DNA from: Callorhinchus milii
Lineage: Eukaryota
Direction of reading: 5' to 3'
Length of the DNA: 64,000 nucleotides
Assembly: GCF_018977255.1 (NCBI RefSeq)
Contig: NW_024704764.1
Location: forward strand, 1,116,001 to 1,180,000
Shown piece by piece: positions 26,067-40,484 of the stretch (positions are counted from its first letter, which is position 1; every line of letters begins with the position of its first letter). The notes under the pieces are model-generated. The model did not search any database. It saw nothing but the letters and a program-made list of their open reading frames with translations, and was not told the DNA's origin. Made by a program: the position numbers and the translations under genes.

Positions 26067-27757
26067 TCCGTCCGGATTACACCCATTAGGGTCATCGCCT
26101 GTCTATTCACATTGCTGTTCCCAATAACAATAATGCAGAAAACAGGCTCATCTTAAAAATTAACGACCGCAAATGTATAAGAATGTCAATCTTGTGTCGC
26201 TCGCTTGTTCGTGATGCGTTGAACCTTGGAACGATGAATTTGTTTTCTTTTTTTTTAAAAAAAATAGTCGAAAAAGAAATTCCCCGAAACTGCCCAACAT
26301 AAAACGGCAATTCAATTATCTTGCAATTGAATTGGAAATCACGTTTTATAGCTGCACTTGAAGTGGAGCAATTTATTTCGGTTTTTTTGACCAGATACAT
26401 TTAAATACAATTAAGTTGCTACCCTTGACCAGTCAGTGAAATACAAGCAGCCCCAGTGACTTCTGCCTTTTGCGTTTGCCGTCCGTGTGACTTCTCTTCT
26501 GCGTGTTGTTTTGCCAGTGCGTACACGGGTTGAATTTTCGTTCTGCAATGTGATAATATGTGGCAACACACCGCCCGTATTAAAACAAAGTTGTTCTGCA
26601 AAAAGAAACAAGAGTGTTCCACACACAGCGAGGGATTTAACGTCTAGAGCGTTAAAATTCGCATGTAAACACTTTCAGCTCCGCTCAGTGAAGCGGAGTG
26701 GTCTTCGTACAATGGTTTTCACTACGTATGTTTTGAATGAGGTTTTTTTTTCATAAAAAAAATGCACATTTGAACTTATTTACTCGGTGTACTGCCGAGC
26801 ATGGCGTACTTTGGTGGAACCATTCGTTTAGATTACAATTTAGATGAGAAATAAAGAAAATACGTCCCACAGTCACGGATCCTTTCCTGGTTTCGTACAG
26901 AAGTATTTTTATGGGATCTCTTATCGGGTCGGCTTGGGGCAATTCACCTTTATAGAGGGTTCAATAAATAACTGGAAGAGAGGCTTCAGCGTGAGGGGGA
27001 TGTGCTTCTAGACAGAAGGATTTTAAGGACAAATCTGCTGCAGAAGGAACTTTGTGGGTTTGGGGGAACTCACGAGGCTGTGACTCTATGGCGTTAAAAC
27101 TCCTTCTTAAAGATGTAGTTTTAACAAGACTGTGTCATCAATCGGTCGCGCTATTTTTTCGAGCCCGGGCGACGACTGTTACAGTGAAAATCATTACATC
27201 CTCAGATCGCTCGTCAAAGCTGGAACATCCTTCATTTATTTTACCACCACAATAATATCATTGTGAATTTCAAAGATCTGATTATGTTGAATATCAAACC
27301 AGCGAGCTATGTCTGTGATTTCAGACTCAGAAGCGGACCAAAAACCGATTACTGGGGTGAAACGTACATAAGTTTTGCATGGAAATGATAGCAATAAAGT
27401 AATTAAACGAGGAAAAGTGAAATGTTAGGAATTGTGACAGATTGACAAGAGAAACGATATTGCGGATTTAACAAGGTTTGCCCCTTGTCTCAGATAGCCT
27501 CGACTTTCCTGTGTGCCATGGTAGTTATATTGCAGGCTTTGAAAAATGCAAATGATTCGATTTTTGAAAACTTTATTGTCATTCCAGATAAGGGTGCATC
27601 AGATAAAGATTTATTAAACACGCTACAAACACAATAACCATTACTTTTTTTAAAAAAACCTGACTGAACTCTGAAAGACATTTTGAACTTTTCCTCTCAT
27701 TTTTCCCAAAATCCCATGGCAATATTTACAACTTATCTTAAATTATTTATACAATCG

Positions 27758-27761
<4 letters not shown>

Positions 27762-27795
<34 letters not shown>
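27762..27795. repeat. (CA)n microsatellite
   Basis: Visible directly; similar CA/GT tracts near 5839, 6948, 30113, 33938 and 56974. Confidence 0.9.
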
Positions 27796-27799
<4 letters not shown>

Positions 27800-28168
27800 T
27801 ATAGAATAAAGCAAATGTAGTGTTCACAGTGCACAAAACTCTTGTAATTAACTACCGAGCTGAAACCAGCGCAAAAACAAATCACAATATTGCAACACCT
27901 CAATTGAAATACAGAATTCATCGAATACTTCTATATTTATTAAAAACTGTGTGGCACCAGAGTGAAACAATGGTTGCCAGAGTCGAGCAAAGGAATGCAT
28001 AACTTTATATTGGAGCAATAGCATTATATAAAATCTTACAACAAATACTCAAATGTACAACTTCACGGGTGCGCAAAGGAAAACAAGATGTAAACTTTTT
28101 AATATTCATTATTTTTAAATAAAGAACCGCATAGCGTTCTTATTTTCCTTAACATTTCCTGTTTTTTT

Positions 28169-28645
<477 letters not shown>

Positions 28646-29034
28646 TCATGACTGTGGTCTATACGGTGAAGATGTTGAAAGCTATAGGCCTATTAGCTAT
28701 TCATTAAAACCTTTAGGAACAACGGTTCTGAATGCATCTTTCAATAGAGAACATTTATGTACATTAACATATTAATCTTATGTATCAGACTTTGGATTTT
28801 AATGAATTATTCAGAGTCTCTGAATATGCAGCTTTCATATAATGTGGAGCTGGTCAGAGTGAAATGGATTTTAATTCTAGTGAAATAAATTTAATATTTG
28901 ATGTTCATTTTCGAAGAAGTGTAATGAACGANTTTTTTTTGGTGCTCTCTCTGATTATGCTCAATCTAAACATGCAGACAGAGGTGGTGTTTTTTTACAC
29001 ACATAGAATTATGTAGTATGAAAACAAAACTCAC

Positions 29035-29467
29035 CCCCACTGGAGTTCATTCTTTGCATCCAGGGGTACACAGGCAACGAGTTCTTCTGGTCCTCCGCTT
29101 CCCCATATAAAATTCTGTTCTGTGTGCACTCGGTCTTGCGTTGGTCAGCGTTAAAGTGAGTTGCGTCCTCGAGTGAGTGGTACTTAGGGCTACTGGATGA
29201 TCCAGTACAGGAGGGTTCTTTTTCCCGGTAAAAAACGGGTGCCCCGTAATCACCGGGTGTCCGATTGCACCCATACGTACCGTTGGTTTGTTGATAGTAA
29301 GAGGGTGATGGGTAACTCTTGTCCTGCATGTTTGTAGCCCCATACGTAGCCGGGTAGTGCCTTAAAGGGTCATAACCGGAGGAACATAGCGGAATCTGCC
29401 CAAGGAAGGACTCTTGTCCACCAGCAAGAGTCACCGGGAAAGTAGAGTTCACAAAATACGAACTCAT
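29035..29467 (-). CDS. HOXB6: HoxB6 exon 1
   Basis: [24 protein letters not shown]...PVYPWMQRMNS; donor G|GTGAGT; spliced product 230 aa. Confidence 0.95.
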
Positions 29468-32400
29468 TTGTTGGCTGCGCTCTGTTATGATTTGTTGTGT
29501 ATTATTCCAACTGCCTGTGCTATTAGCAGTTAGCGAGATGGGTTTGATTCTGGATGGCCAAGTGCCAGAAAGGACAGCAGGAAATATAACCATCTGATCA
29601 TCGACTGACCAATGGCAATACTGTTTGATAGGAAAATAGCACCCATGAGGGTCTTAGCCATGAATCAGAGGCAATAGCACAAACCGCACATGTGATGGGG
29701 AAAAGTTCCAAACAGAAAAAAAGCAAATAAATACAACACAGTATCTTCAGATTTAACCTTTACTACCACGACTTTAACAAATATTGCAAAAGGCAACCAA
29801 ACGTATGGGTATTGTTTTCAAATAAATAAATGTGTACGCAACATTCAATCAGCCAGACAAGCACAGGGGACTGCAAAGCATCTCAAACTAAACAACAATA
29901 TGAAATAAATCCTCCTTTAGTATATAGGCATTCAAATAACACATTAAAATATTGAATACATTGTTACTTTCCTCCATTTTCAATCTCAAACCAGCATTAT
30001 AGCTCTTCAATTATTACACGGTATTCATTGTGTTTCACTTTCACTGATATTTTTGTTTTAGTGTCAATTCCTAATTATGCACGATCAACCGTTTCGTTTC
30101 CACGAGTATATGTGTGTTTGTGTGTTTGTGTGTGTGTGTGTGTGTGTTATTCAGTTCAACCTCAGAGTTCCTGAAAGTTCTTTCTTCTGTATGTGTTGCA
30201 GTTTCCACCGTTTTACTTTGATGCACGTGAAAATGGGACGGAAAAATACCAAGTTTTAATCGTTCAATTAGAACCACAAAACAAACGGAAAGAACTTTGC
30301 AACAAACAGAATCCTCCCTCGCCACCGGGGGGTAAAGCCGGAACTGCACAGAAACGGGCGCAATTTTACATGTAAGAGCCGGAATAATATCTGCAAAGGG
30401 TAAAGTTTGTCACGGGAAAATACGAAAGACAAAAACGAGAGAGAAACGCATAAAATGTTTCAAATTCACAAAGAAGGACTTGTCCTAAAGTGACTGCCTT
30501 ATAATAACAAGCGGCTGGGTCTAAACACGGCAAGAATGGTCTTCGCTGACAGAAGTATTGGAATTTTAAATGTGCTTTGCTTAGATCAGTGAGTACATTT
30601 GCAGACTTATTTCTTGTGTTAAAATGTATTGTATTAATTCCGAGGTTTATCCCACCGCAAAAAGTTCAATGATAGATACAACATTGTCTTCAGGAATGCA
30701 TGATGTGCAAATTAATACTTAGTTATGAAACACTGGACACATATAATGCTATTGCTCCAATATCTTATGTGATATTATGCTTAAACTATACATTTCCAAA
30801 CAAAAAAATGTGTGCACTGAAATATGTGTTTTTCCCTGCAGTCTATCTACTTTGATTCAAATCTCTGACAATTAGAGATATTTCGGTTATTTATGATTTT
30901 TTCCATATTATCAGATGAGCTGAATTTATCATGCTGCTTAATTGAAAATTGAGACAAATCTAGTTTATAGGTAGAATATTGTAGGATTTAAAATCAGGTG
31001 TAGTTTTAAAAACATTGACCTCCTCATTTTTTTAGCAAATCCCCCCAAAAATGCCACGATGATGGAATAGCTTTAGTATTTATACCCTGAAATGTTTCTA
31101 GAAGCTTGTTTTATTTATGAATGAGATTTGTGAGAAACGTGTTTCAGGAATGCGCCATTTCCTGGTTTTGAACATCTGTTTCAAAAATATCCTGAGCTAA
31201 TTATAGAGGGTTGCTAGATATTAAGATGCAGTTTTTGCTTGTCTGTTCGTTTCTATATGCCGACAGCTTTTATTGTTTTCCAAGATGTGGGTTTCAGTGG
31301 GAGGAAACAAAACAAATTGCTAAGGATTGCTGAATAAACTTTGGGAAGGGAGTCATTTTGAAAGGTGTCCCTCAGAATGGCTAACGGTGAACCTCCAGGA
31401 AGTATTGGCATTGTCTCAATCAATTTATAACAGTCCTACAGGTTAATCCTATTATTTTAAATCACCTTCGAAATTGCAAGAAATCTAGGAAATAATATTG
31501 CGTGAGAATGTAACCTATTTATCTATTGCAAGTCAGTAGAGTCATTAAAATCAATGGTATGTTGACAACTGTTTCCTTTTATCACTATTTGGATTTTGCA
31601 AAGAATACTATGTTTATCTTTACCTTTCCTATTGTTTTACACATATTTTAAATTTGTTATAAAGCACCTAATAAATCTGTTCTGTCTATTCACGTAATCT
31701 TCTTATTGGAGTGAAGCACAATTTGGTTTGTTGATTCAAAGAGGAAAATCAACAGAAATAGAGATATTCTGGGCAAAGAATGGATCCCAGGTATATAACC
31801 AGGTAGTATATTGCATTTTGAGATTATCGCATACGTTAATCAAAAAGGTCAGGAGCTGGTTACTTTACCAACGAATTTCACTATTTCCATTTGGACAAAT
31901 CCAAAAAAATGCTTTTGTTTGAGCTTCCATGGAAAAGTAAAATCCATTTTCTTTATGCAATATATTGCTCTGCGCTAAATCCTTTAATTGTATATTTTTA
32001 AAACTGGATATCCGCCGGAGAAATTGTGTTTATTGTCGCCAACGACATTTCCTGCTTTATATTCTGTGTACATTTCAGCAGCCCTTTGTTATTGACCAGA
32101 TATGAACTCCTTTATAGGAAAATATAGGAGGGTAAAATTAAGGGGATTAGGATTACTATGTGAAATGACTTACATACAACTAGATATATATAACCAAATG
32201 TTTAAAGGATTTGAACCTATAAGGCGCAATGGCAGTCAGGGAATACTGTACAATTCCCAATTGTGCAGGAATAAAACAATCCAGAGCTTGGTACAGATTT
32301 GCATACGTAAAGGCAAGAATTAGTCCACGAGAGAAATGTCTCCAAATGCATTTAAAATAACTCCACGCCAGCTTAGTTTTGATGCAACATTGAAATTCTT

Positions 32401-32843
32401 CAATGATGTCGGCAAATGATCATAGGTTGCAATGAGTTTGGGTATTTACTTTAACATGAATGGGATGGTGTTGAAACAAAGCATTCGGAAATAGAAACAG
32501 CAACCGCAACCTATCGTAGGAGTATTAGACACATTCCAACAGCGCGGTAAGGATCTCGGGGTCAGGATTATTATGGTGTGGTCTTTCAAAACAGACGGTA
32601 TATATATTATTGAAAAAAAAATTGAACCATAATAATCATTGCACGTGAAATAGGACAGAGTTGAAATGGGACAGAGCAAACACGTCAAAGGCACTGCTGA
32701 GAACCGCACGAACACAATAATTAATACAGCTGCAGATTTTCTAAAATTCCAAAGCCACAGTTCAGTTTGCAATGCACCCAAATAATTGTGGTTTTGAAGC
32801 GAATGCAGCCGAGCCTCTCATTTTCCAGCTCGTTCGACCTGGT

Positions 32844-32862
32844 TGAGCGCTAGGTGGCAACA
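32844..32862 (+). promoter_or_regulatory. CTCF-like motif between HoxB6 and HoxB7
   Basis: GAGCGCTAGGTGGCAAC resembles the CTCF core CCRSYAGRKGGCR. Confidence 0.45.
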
Positions 32863-33935
32863 GAGAACAAGGAATCCTTTCCTTTCTCTCCGACGCCCAC
32901 ACCCACCCCCCCACCCCCCCCACCTGATACATTAATATCATATTAATGCGAAGCTACTGGGCCTCTCCGTTGCTAAACACTCAGACCACAGTCAACTAAA
33001 CGCCATCTTATATGATCACAAGAGATATCATCCACTCTAGATGTAAACTGAAACCGTCTGAAGCGCTCCAATACAATAACCGCAAGAAATGATGAATGCC
33101 ACATTACAATCTGTATGCAATAATAGCACAAACATGTTTATCTCAATCAGAATCAATACAATAATCCAGATACCAGAAAAGGGAAATGCCACTATTTTAT
33201 CATAATTAGGGTACGTCTGTACGTCACCATGGGTGAGTTGCACCCTCCTAATTACTGGTATCTCTTGTTAAAATTGTTTACGTAATAAGTGGCCCCTGAG
33301 AAAAGATGAACATTATCGAACGCGTCTAACTTTACCATAATACCGAACGCAGTGATAGATTTGTCAACACATCACGGGAAGAGGGAATACATAATTATAC
33401 CACAGAGATGTCTGAAGGAACATAGCCTACCACCAAAAATCAATCCCAAAGCTACGCCTCTCATTAAAACTAACCAAATAACTTTCCACAGTGTGGTATT
33501 GTATGATTTTTGAATAAAATAATGCTCTTTCACTGACGTCAACAAGTCTCCTATTAATTCCTATACGTCTCCATAACTGAGTTTCGCCTTAAAATACCGA
33601 CAAGAAGAACAGAACCAAATATAAAACAAATGCTAATATTTGTCTTACCTTCTTAGGATCAGCTGCGACTTTTAAATCTTCTCTTCCCTCGTGTGGAAAG
33701 CAATTTTCTTCGCGGGCAATATTGTCCGGTTCTGATAGCTGTCGGCGGACCTGCTGCTGCCGCCGCCGCCGCAGATCGTTCGGGAGTTCTCGCGTCCGTC
33801 ATTTACGTTGGAAGTCAGGAACCGAATCTCTTTGAAAAATGATATCATCCACAGCATTGAAATTTGCGTTTCACCAGTCATCCCTGAAATCTCCTAGTCG
33901 GCAGTCAAGTCATAGATTGCAAAAGTATTATTGAC

Positions 33936-33968
<33 letters not shown>

Positions 33969-34080
33969 ACCTCTCATAGTAACTATGAAAGTTTTTTTTA
34001 AAAAAAAGCTGCAGAAGCCCTCAGGAGCACACAGATCCGACCCAAGGTGCAGTGGCCAAAAGAATGCTGCAATATACTCA

Positions 34081-34230
34081 CATGGGAAATCATAAAAAGT
34101 TCATGTTCACGGTTGCTATCCACATGACCGGCAGCGGCCAATGGAAGGACAGATCCACTCATAAAGTTCTATCACAAAGTTGTAAATTTTCATAAAACAA
34201 CAAGGAATTTATTGCGTTTCTTCATGACTA
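34081..34230. promoter_or_regulatory. Hox7-6 conserved non-coding element (four-cluster sequence) / distal promoter
   Basis: cataaaaagttcatgttcac, ggccaatgg and tcacaaagttgtaaattttcataaaacaacaaggaatttattgc, recognised as the block shared by Hox clusters 3' of Hox7/8. Confidence 0.7.
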
Positions 34231-36026
34231 CTAACAACAAGCCTCCTCGCCGCCATGTTTGTGCGTAAGGAAATTGCTTTTTTTTTAATATATATATCTC
34301 TCTATATAACAAAAAAGTTCCATTTCTTCCCTTACAAAAATGCCACCGTTTAAGTAAGTGGATTTCGATATTTTCTGCATCAAATGAATGAAACCGTCCT
34401 TCTCGGTGTATTCCCACGTTTTTGTCACCTCCTTTATGCGGCGCTGTAACTAAATGTTAATTATATTTTGTGGGAAAATATATAAGCAGTATATCGAATG
34501 TAATAGTGTTTTTCTTCATGTCCCCCTCACTGGCTTTACGCAGAATTATGCACGAACATGCTGCTTAGGTTTTCACGGAAATTAGTTATAAAATATATCT
34601 CAAGAGAGCAAATTACACGACTGAACGAAATTCGCCCGGGTTTATTCTACAAGGCGTAGTCTACTTTACTAAATAATGACAAAATGCACTTGTATCTGTT
34701 TAAATGCACTGATATTCACTTCGAAAGCCATAGAAACATCCCTTAATTTAGATTAAAATGTCGATTTTCTGAGTCAAGTTAGCACTGATCAAAAGAATTC
34801 ATACATTTTGAATCGCAGAGACTCGGGGATAATAATTGCATATGTTTCTAAAAGAGATTAATGCAGCATAAAATTACTTCAAATAAAAGCATGTTCATAA
34901 CAGATCTGATTCAATATCAACTATGGTTCTTTTGTGTTAATATGGCCTTCGCTCCTCTTCAGTTTATACCACAACGAGATCCTTTCTCGACCACCATAAC
35001 CACAAATAATTTTATTTGAAAAGAGCTCTTACCCTACAAATAAATCATTTAATTATTTTCATAAATTAGTCTTCCATACGTATAATTATATATCGACAGT
35101 AAATTGGGAAATGTTACCCGCCAGTACGTGCTTTGCTGCTCAGAGCCGACGCATTGATTTGTAACCAATTCGCTCCTTACAAACGTATCTTTATGTAGAA
35201 TTAAAGGAAACTTTACAATTGCATAAACCTTTTGGATATTTCCCATCTTTGAAGATATAACTTATGTACTATATATAGAGAGAGTGAGAGGGTGAGAGGG
35301 TGGGGTGAGGGTGGGGGGAGGGGGTGTGGGGAGAGAGAGAGATCAAGCGTTTGATATAATTGGGTTAATATAGATTCAGAGATAGAACTGATAACTGATT
35401 CTACTCATTTGGGTTACTTTAACTAAAGGGTATTGACCAGCAAAGGGGCCTGGAATCTTTTATTTCATTCGGGAATCGCTACTGCGGAGAAGGCATTTTG
35501 CATTTTGCGCAGAATATCAGCAAGGTTACAAGATGCGCAAGTAACGAAAAACAATCTAATTTTATTTATTCCACAAAAAAAGTTTACATCCTTCGTGATT
35601 AAGGAGCAAAAAAAAACAATTGAACACGCATCAAATTGGCCCATATTTAAATATGAAAATGTACACAGAAGTTACATTCAACAAACGCTTCCACCAAACC
35701 AGCATTATCTGTTCTATATATAACTATAACAAGAGTTTACAACATACACTTATTATTGATCTGTACACGACTCAATGGTTACATTAAGCTCCCTTTTCTT
35801 CTATACTCACTGACAAGAAATTACATCGATACAGTAACAAATATATAGTCACTGGATATATTTCATTTAAACAAACGGGCCTAAAGTAATGTATACAGTA
35901 ACAACCAAGTCACCACTGTGGGACGACAAATACACAGACAATATAGAACTGTAGTTGTACAATTTCAGTGGGTTATTCCACCTAATTTGTACAAAACAAA
36001 CTAAACATAAAAACACAGTTACATTT

Positions 36027-36034
36027 TAGGTAGT
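36027..36034 (-). promoter_or_regulatory. miR-196 8mer target site in the HoxB7 3' UTR
   Basis: mRNA reads ACUACCUA about 110 nt after the stop codon; Hox7 genes are established miR-196 targets. Confidence 0.7.
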
Positions 36035-36141
36035 ATTCTGTTTCAGTGTTAAGAAATGAAGAGTAAATCACTCCATTTAGTACAAGTCATTTAAGTTTCA
36101 GCCTCTTTTTTTCCTCAATATGTTTCATGGATCACTTTTCT

Positions 36142-36426
<285 letters not shown>

Positions 36427-37863
36427 TCATTCATAAAATAAGTTCTGTACAGTATTCGCTTGGAACGCGTTTTAATATTTTTTCCCAATTTTTAGCCAAA
36501 ATATATTGCCCTTGTCAAGAGCAATGAATCTGAAAAAAGCTAATTAGAATTAACATCAAGTTTACATTAACACCCCATACTGGAAGGTTAGTTAGCTGAT
36601 TTTGTGTACATGTGGGAGTGGGTTTTAACTGTTTGCGGAACAGATGTTAGAAACCGTTCTTCTCTAATAAAACTCCAAACGTGGCCCAGCCTTAAATTTC
36701 CAGTTTGAGTTTTTTTTTAAAAAGTAAAGGGTATCTGTGTTTGCGGTTTTTAAACAGAGGTATCTTATTGAAAGGTGGTCGTTATTCTACCCCTGAACTA
36801 GTTTCTGGGATTTTCTGAATTAATGCATGTAACCTGAAACTGACAGGTATCTTGGAACTGAGGCCCGCAATTGATTTTAGAACAAAATCACGTTGGTGCA
36901 TTGTGTCTATTTTTACCGCGAAGCACCGATGATTTCCAAATCTAACCAGTGCACGCATTGCGGCTTTGAAATTAAGGACAGGGCAACACTGTGTGGAAAT
37001 TGCCTCTGAGATTGCCTTGGACACACGAGCTGTGAAAATAGACAAATGGTGAAAAAGCCCTTTGTATTTTATACGGTACAAACCGCCACATGCGCTAACC
37101 TCAGCAATCAAAAAAAAACAAGGTTACACGTTGGCATTTAAACAAATACCATTTAAACCGATGCGTCTTTTTAAATATTTAATGGACGTTTTTCTGCACT
37201 TTTGCTGTTTCCATTTATCACGCGCTTGCTATTTATAATATGTTCTGTCCGACCCGTTCTCCCTCCCCCTCCTTTCCAACCCGTTTTCATTGCACCCAAT
37301 GGAGGAAGAAACTTAGAAATAAAGGCAAAAACTTCAACCCGGACAACCGTAAACCTGGGTTTAATGGAAATAAGGAAAGACAAGGAGTTGATTTAAACAG
37401 TTTAGACGTTATGGTTGCGCGGCTCGTCTGTGGGGGGAATAGTCACTGGGACGAGGTAGTCGACAATACAATAGTTTCCAGAGGAAACAATGTGTATTGC
37501 AGTCCACCTCGTCCTCGTCTCGGTGGTCTGATTTGTACAACTGAAAATGAACAACTTTCCAATTGTGTGGCTTTGTCTCTTATTTTGCTGTTTAAATCCC
37601 GACAGTTTTGCAGAGCGACCCACTGAAATATCCTACGGAAGCAAATTGATTGCTAGTGGAAGGGTGCATTGCATATTATTCCCCGCTGCCGCCCCCACCC
37701 CCACCCCCACACCCCCACGACCACCCCCCACCCCCCCACCCCCCCCCCCCCCCGCCAAAAAAAAACTTTTAGTGAGCGTCATAAATAAACACGACATCGC
37801 AAAATGCAATAAAGTAATTCACCGACCCCGCAAGAGTTTTTATTACGCGACTCTCTCACATAC

Positions 37864-38263
37864 CTGAGCTTTTCATCCAGGGATAGATCCGGAAGTTCTC
37901 GGACTGGGAGTCTGTGTCTCTCAGCTCTGACTTGCTGCAACTCTGCTTGTAAGAATCCCCAGCGCCGCACATCAGCGACGAGATATTTTGATCGAAAGAG
38001 GAACAGTGCATGTTAAAGGAGTTCGCGTTGAGCCCATAGGGCGACGTGTACATAGTCGGGGTCTGGTGGTGGATGCTGTTAGCCGAGCTGTACAGACCCG
38101 GCATGGTTGCTGCGAAGGATGCAGACCCCGAACCATAGCTCGGTCGCTGGGAGTTCGAAGCAAAAGCACAAGAAGTTGGTTCGGAAAACACCCCGGACGG
38201 AAAAACAGAAGTTCCAGCTGTATATTTGGAAAATAAAGCATTCGCATAATACAATGAACTCAT
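37864..38263 (-). CDS. HOXB7: HoxB7 exon 1
   Basis: [14 protein letters not shown]...[11 protein letters not shown]; donor G|GTATGT; spliced product 211 aa. Confidence 0.96.
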
Positions 38264-38299
38264 AATTTGGCCGGTGATTTGTGGGCCAGGACGTCTCAG

Positions 38300-38425
38300 T
38301 GTCGGTTTTACGAGGTACGGTGATATATTACGGAATTAGAGTCCAGATTTACACCGAAAGAACCCCCTTTTTCCTCCCGTTACACGTGATTTCAGCACGT
38401 GACGCGGCGGCCCAATGGGAGCGCG
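38300..38425 (-). promoter_or_regulatory. HoxB7 proximal promoter
   Basis: Two CACGTG E-boxes, CCAATGG, and TTTTACGA/GATTTACA Hox-type sites immediately upstream of the ATG. Confidence 0.55.
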
Positions 38426-38591
38426 GCTTCCCACTGCTTCTTTTTGGAATGATTAAAAAATTCTATAATTCCCCCAAAAAATCCTTCCACGCTTTCAATG
38501 ATGCTGATAACTCGCATTGGAACCGAAAGGGAGCCCGATTGAGTTTAAAAGCGGGATAGATTGATAAGTGCTTTGCAGCGGAATATATATG

Positions 38592-38622
<31 letters not shown>

Positions 38623-39429
38623 CGATTGGTTTTCTGTCGCCTCTGAGGAAACAATGCATTTGTCAAAAGAGCTTTTTGTTCGCTTACACTGTGACGTTGC
38701 GCGCACTACAACTTTAGATAATAGGTATCGTCAGGAGGAAACTGTTTTTTTTTCCCCCCGACCAATGGTTTTGCTTGTGTTTTTATAACACTGCCACAAT
38801 AATAATCATCATAATAGTAGTCACTACAAAACAAACACAAAATTATATCCATCTGAAATAACCTTGGAAGAGATTTGTGGTGAAGTTCTGTCTTTCTTAA
38901 GGGGAGATTATGAATGTGAATGAGTCAGGTAAATCGCAAACATGTTACTAGGTTACTCTGTAACGTGACGAAGGCTGATTGAATTAGATGGAGGAGCTGT
39001 GTTGGCCTTTTCATAAGCATTTCCAGCAACATGCCCAGCTATAAAGTATAGCCCTGTAACCAAGCCTGTGTAGCCAACACCTCCTCAGGTTTGGGCTTTT
39101 TTCGACCATCCATTAGATCCGCAGAAATTCCCTTTTTTTCAAAAAAAAGCCAGCAATTTCACAGTTACGTTTTCGCTTGTAAAGTTTATTGTGTCCTTTT
39201 CCGCCGCTTGCACGTTCAAACAACAGACCGACCTTATGTATAACAATAATGCAGCACCGGCCCTCCCCATAAAAGCAAGTAACGTGTACAGTAGACTTTT
39301 CTCACAGTTAAAATTTTAAGGATCACTTTTTTCCTTAAAAAACCTATCTCCACTTTGCACATCCCAACTGGAAACATTCTTATAAATACAGTACAGACGT
39401 AAACAATAACACAATCTAGAAAATCTAAA

Positions 39430-39451
39430 TAGGCAGCTTCATGTTGTTGGG
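39430..39451 (-). promoter_or_regulatory. Extended miR-196 complementary site in the HoxB8 3' UTR
   Basis: mRNA CCCAACAACAUGAAGCUGCCUA, one base different from the mammalian HOXB8 slicing site CCCAACAACAUGAAACUGCCUA. Confidence 0.92.
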
Positions 39452-39801
39452 TTGTTTTATTCTCTTTTAAGCTAATGATTATTAGCTGAAATAGTGCACA
39501 CTTGGCTTGAATATTCTAGAGCAGTCAAAGCATCAACACACACTAGCGCACGCTTCCCAAAAACTTCACATTAAACGATGTTACAAGAACCCACTTAAAA
39601 CAAATAGCATGTTACACTACGCAATGTTTACACCTGGTAAAAAGTTGAAATGTTCATTTACTCTACACCTCAATACATTTTCGTACAATATTTAGTATCA
39701 AACGGCAATCAATAAAATTTGTTCGGATTTCTCTTTTTAAAATCTGTCTACATCATTCTATTTATCACCACTTTTGTTAAATGTTTTGAGTTATTAGTTT
39801 A

Positions 39802-40085
39802 TTAATCTTTTTCTTCCTCTGGTTCTTCTTTACCCTCCTTCTCCTTCGGAGTCTCTTCTGATTCAGACTTGCTGCTTGGAAACTTGTCTTTGTTGTTCTC
39901 TTTCTTCCATTTCATTCGTCGGTTCTGGAACCAAATTTTGACTTGCCTCTCGGTCAGTCCCAGGGCGTGTGATACTTCGATCCGTCTTTTGCGGGTCAGG
40001 TAGGGATTGAACAAAAATTCCTTTTCAAGTTCTAGTGTCTGATAGCGGCTGTAGGTCTGTCTGCCTCTCCGCCTTCCTCCAGCTA
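39802..40085 (-). CDS. HOXB8: HoxB8 exon 2 (homeodomain)
   Basis: [47 protein letters not shown]...[13 protein letters not shown]; tandem acceptor CAG/TAG. Confidence 0.96.
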
Positions 40086-40484
40086 CTGGTAAATAAAGGG
40101 AGAAAAGAAATGCAAGGAGGAGGGGATAAGAGAGAGAACTGTATGAGGCTTTTGTAACTCTTATACGGAGGCTTCTGAAGCAGGATTCAAACGCTATTAA
40201 GCAGCATTCATCACCGTAGGTAAAATACCCCATAAAAGTGCAATAAAACTACAAATAGTACGCAATATAACACGTTTAAAATACGCCTACAGGATCATTA
40301 AAACTATAAAGTAATTCACGTGCCGAAGTTTAGAATCATAAAACAGTAAAAATTCGCAGTTTCCCTTATTGGCTCAGGAAATGCCCTTTCCGTGTGTTTT
40401 TTTAAACGCATTCCCCCCCCCCCCCCCCACCCCCTTTCTTGTTGTCTTCCCCTTTCCCTCTCGGATTCGGTTTTAAAACCTCAC

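Noticed and set aside
29468-29593. In-frame upstream ATG extending HoxB6 by 42 aa
   Set aside because: It lies right next to the CCAAT box and probably upstream of the TSS or splice acceptor; the conserved MSSYF start at 29467 is preferred.
39430-39451. Second miR-196 gene on the plus strand
   Set aside because: No complementary arm or hairpin nearby; it is the target site in the HoxB8 3' UTR.
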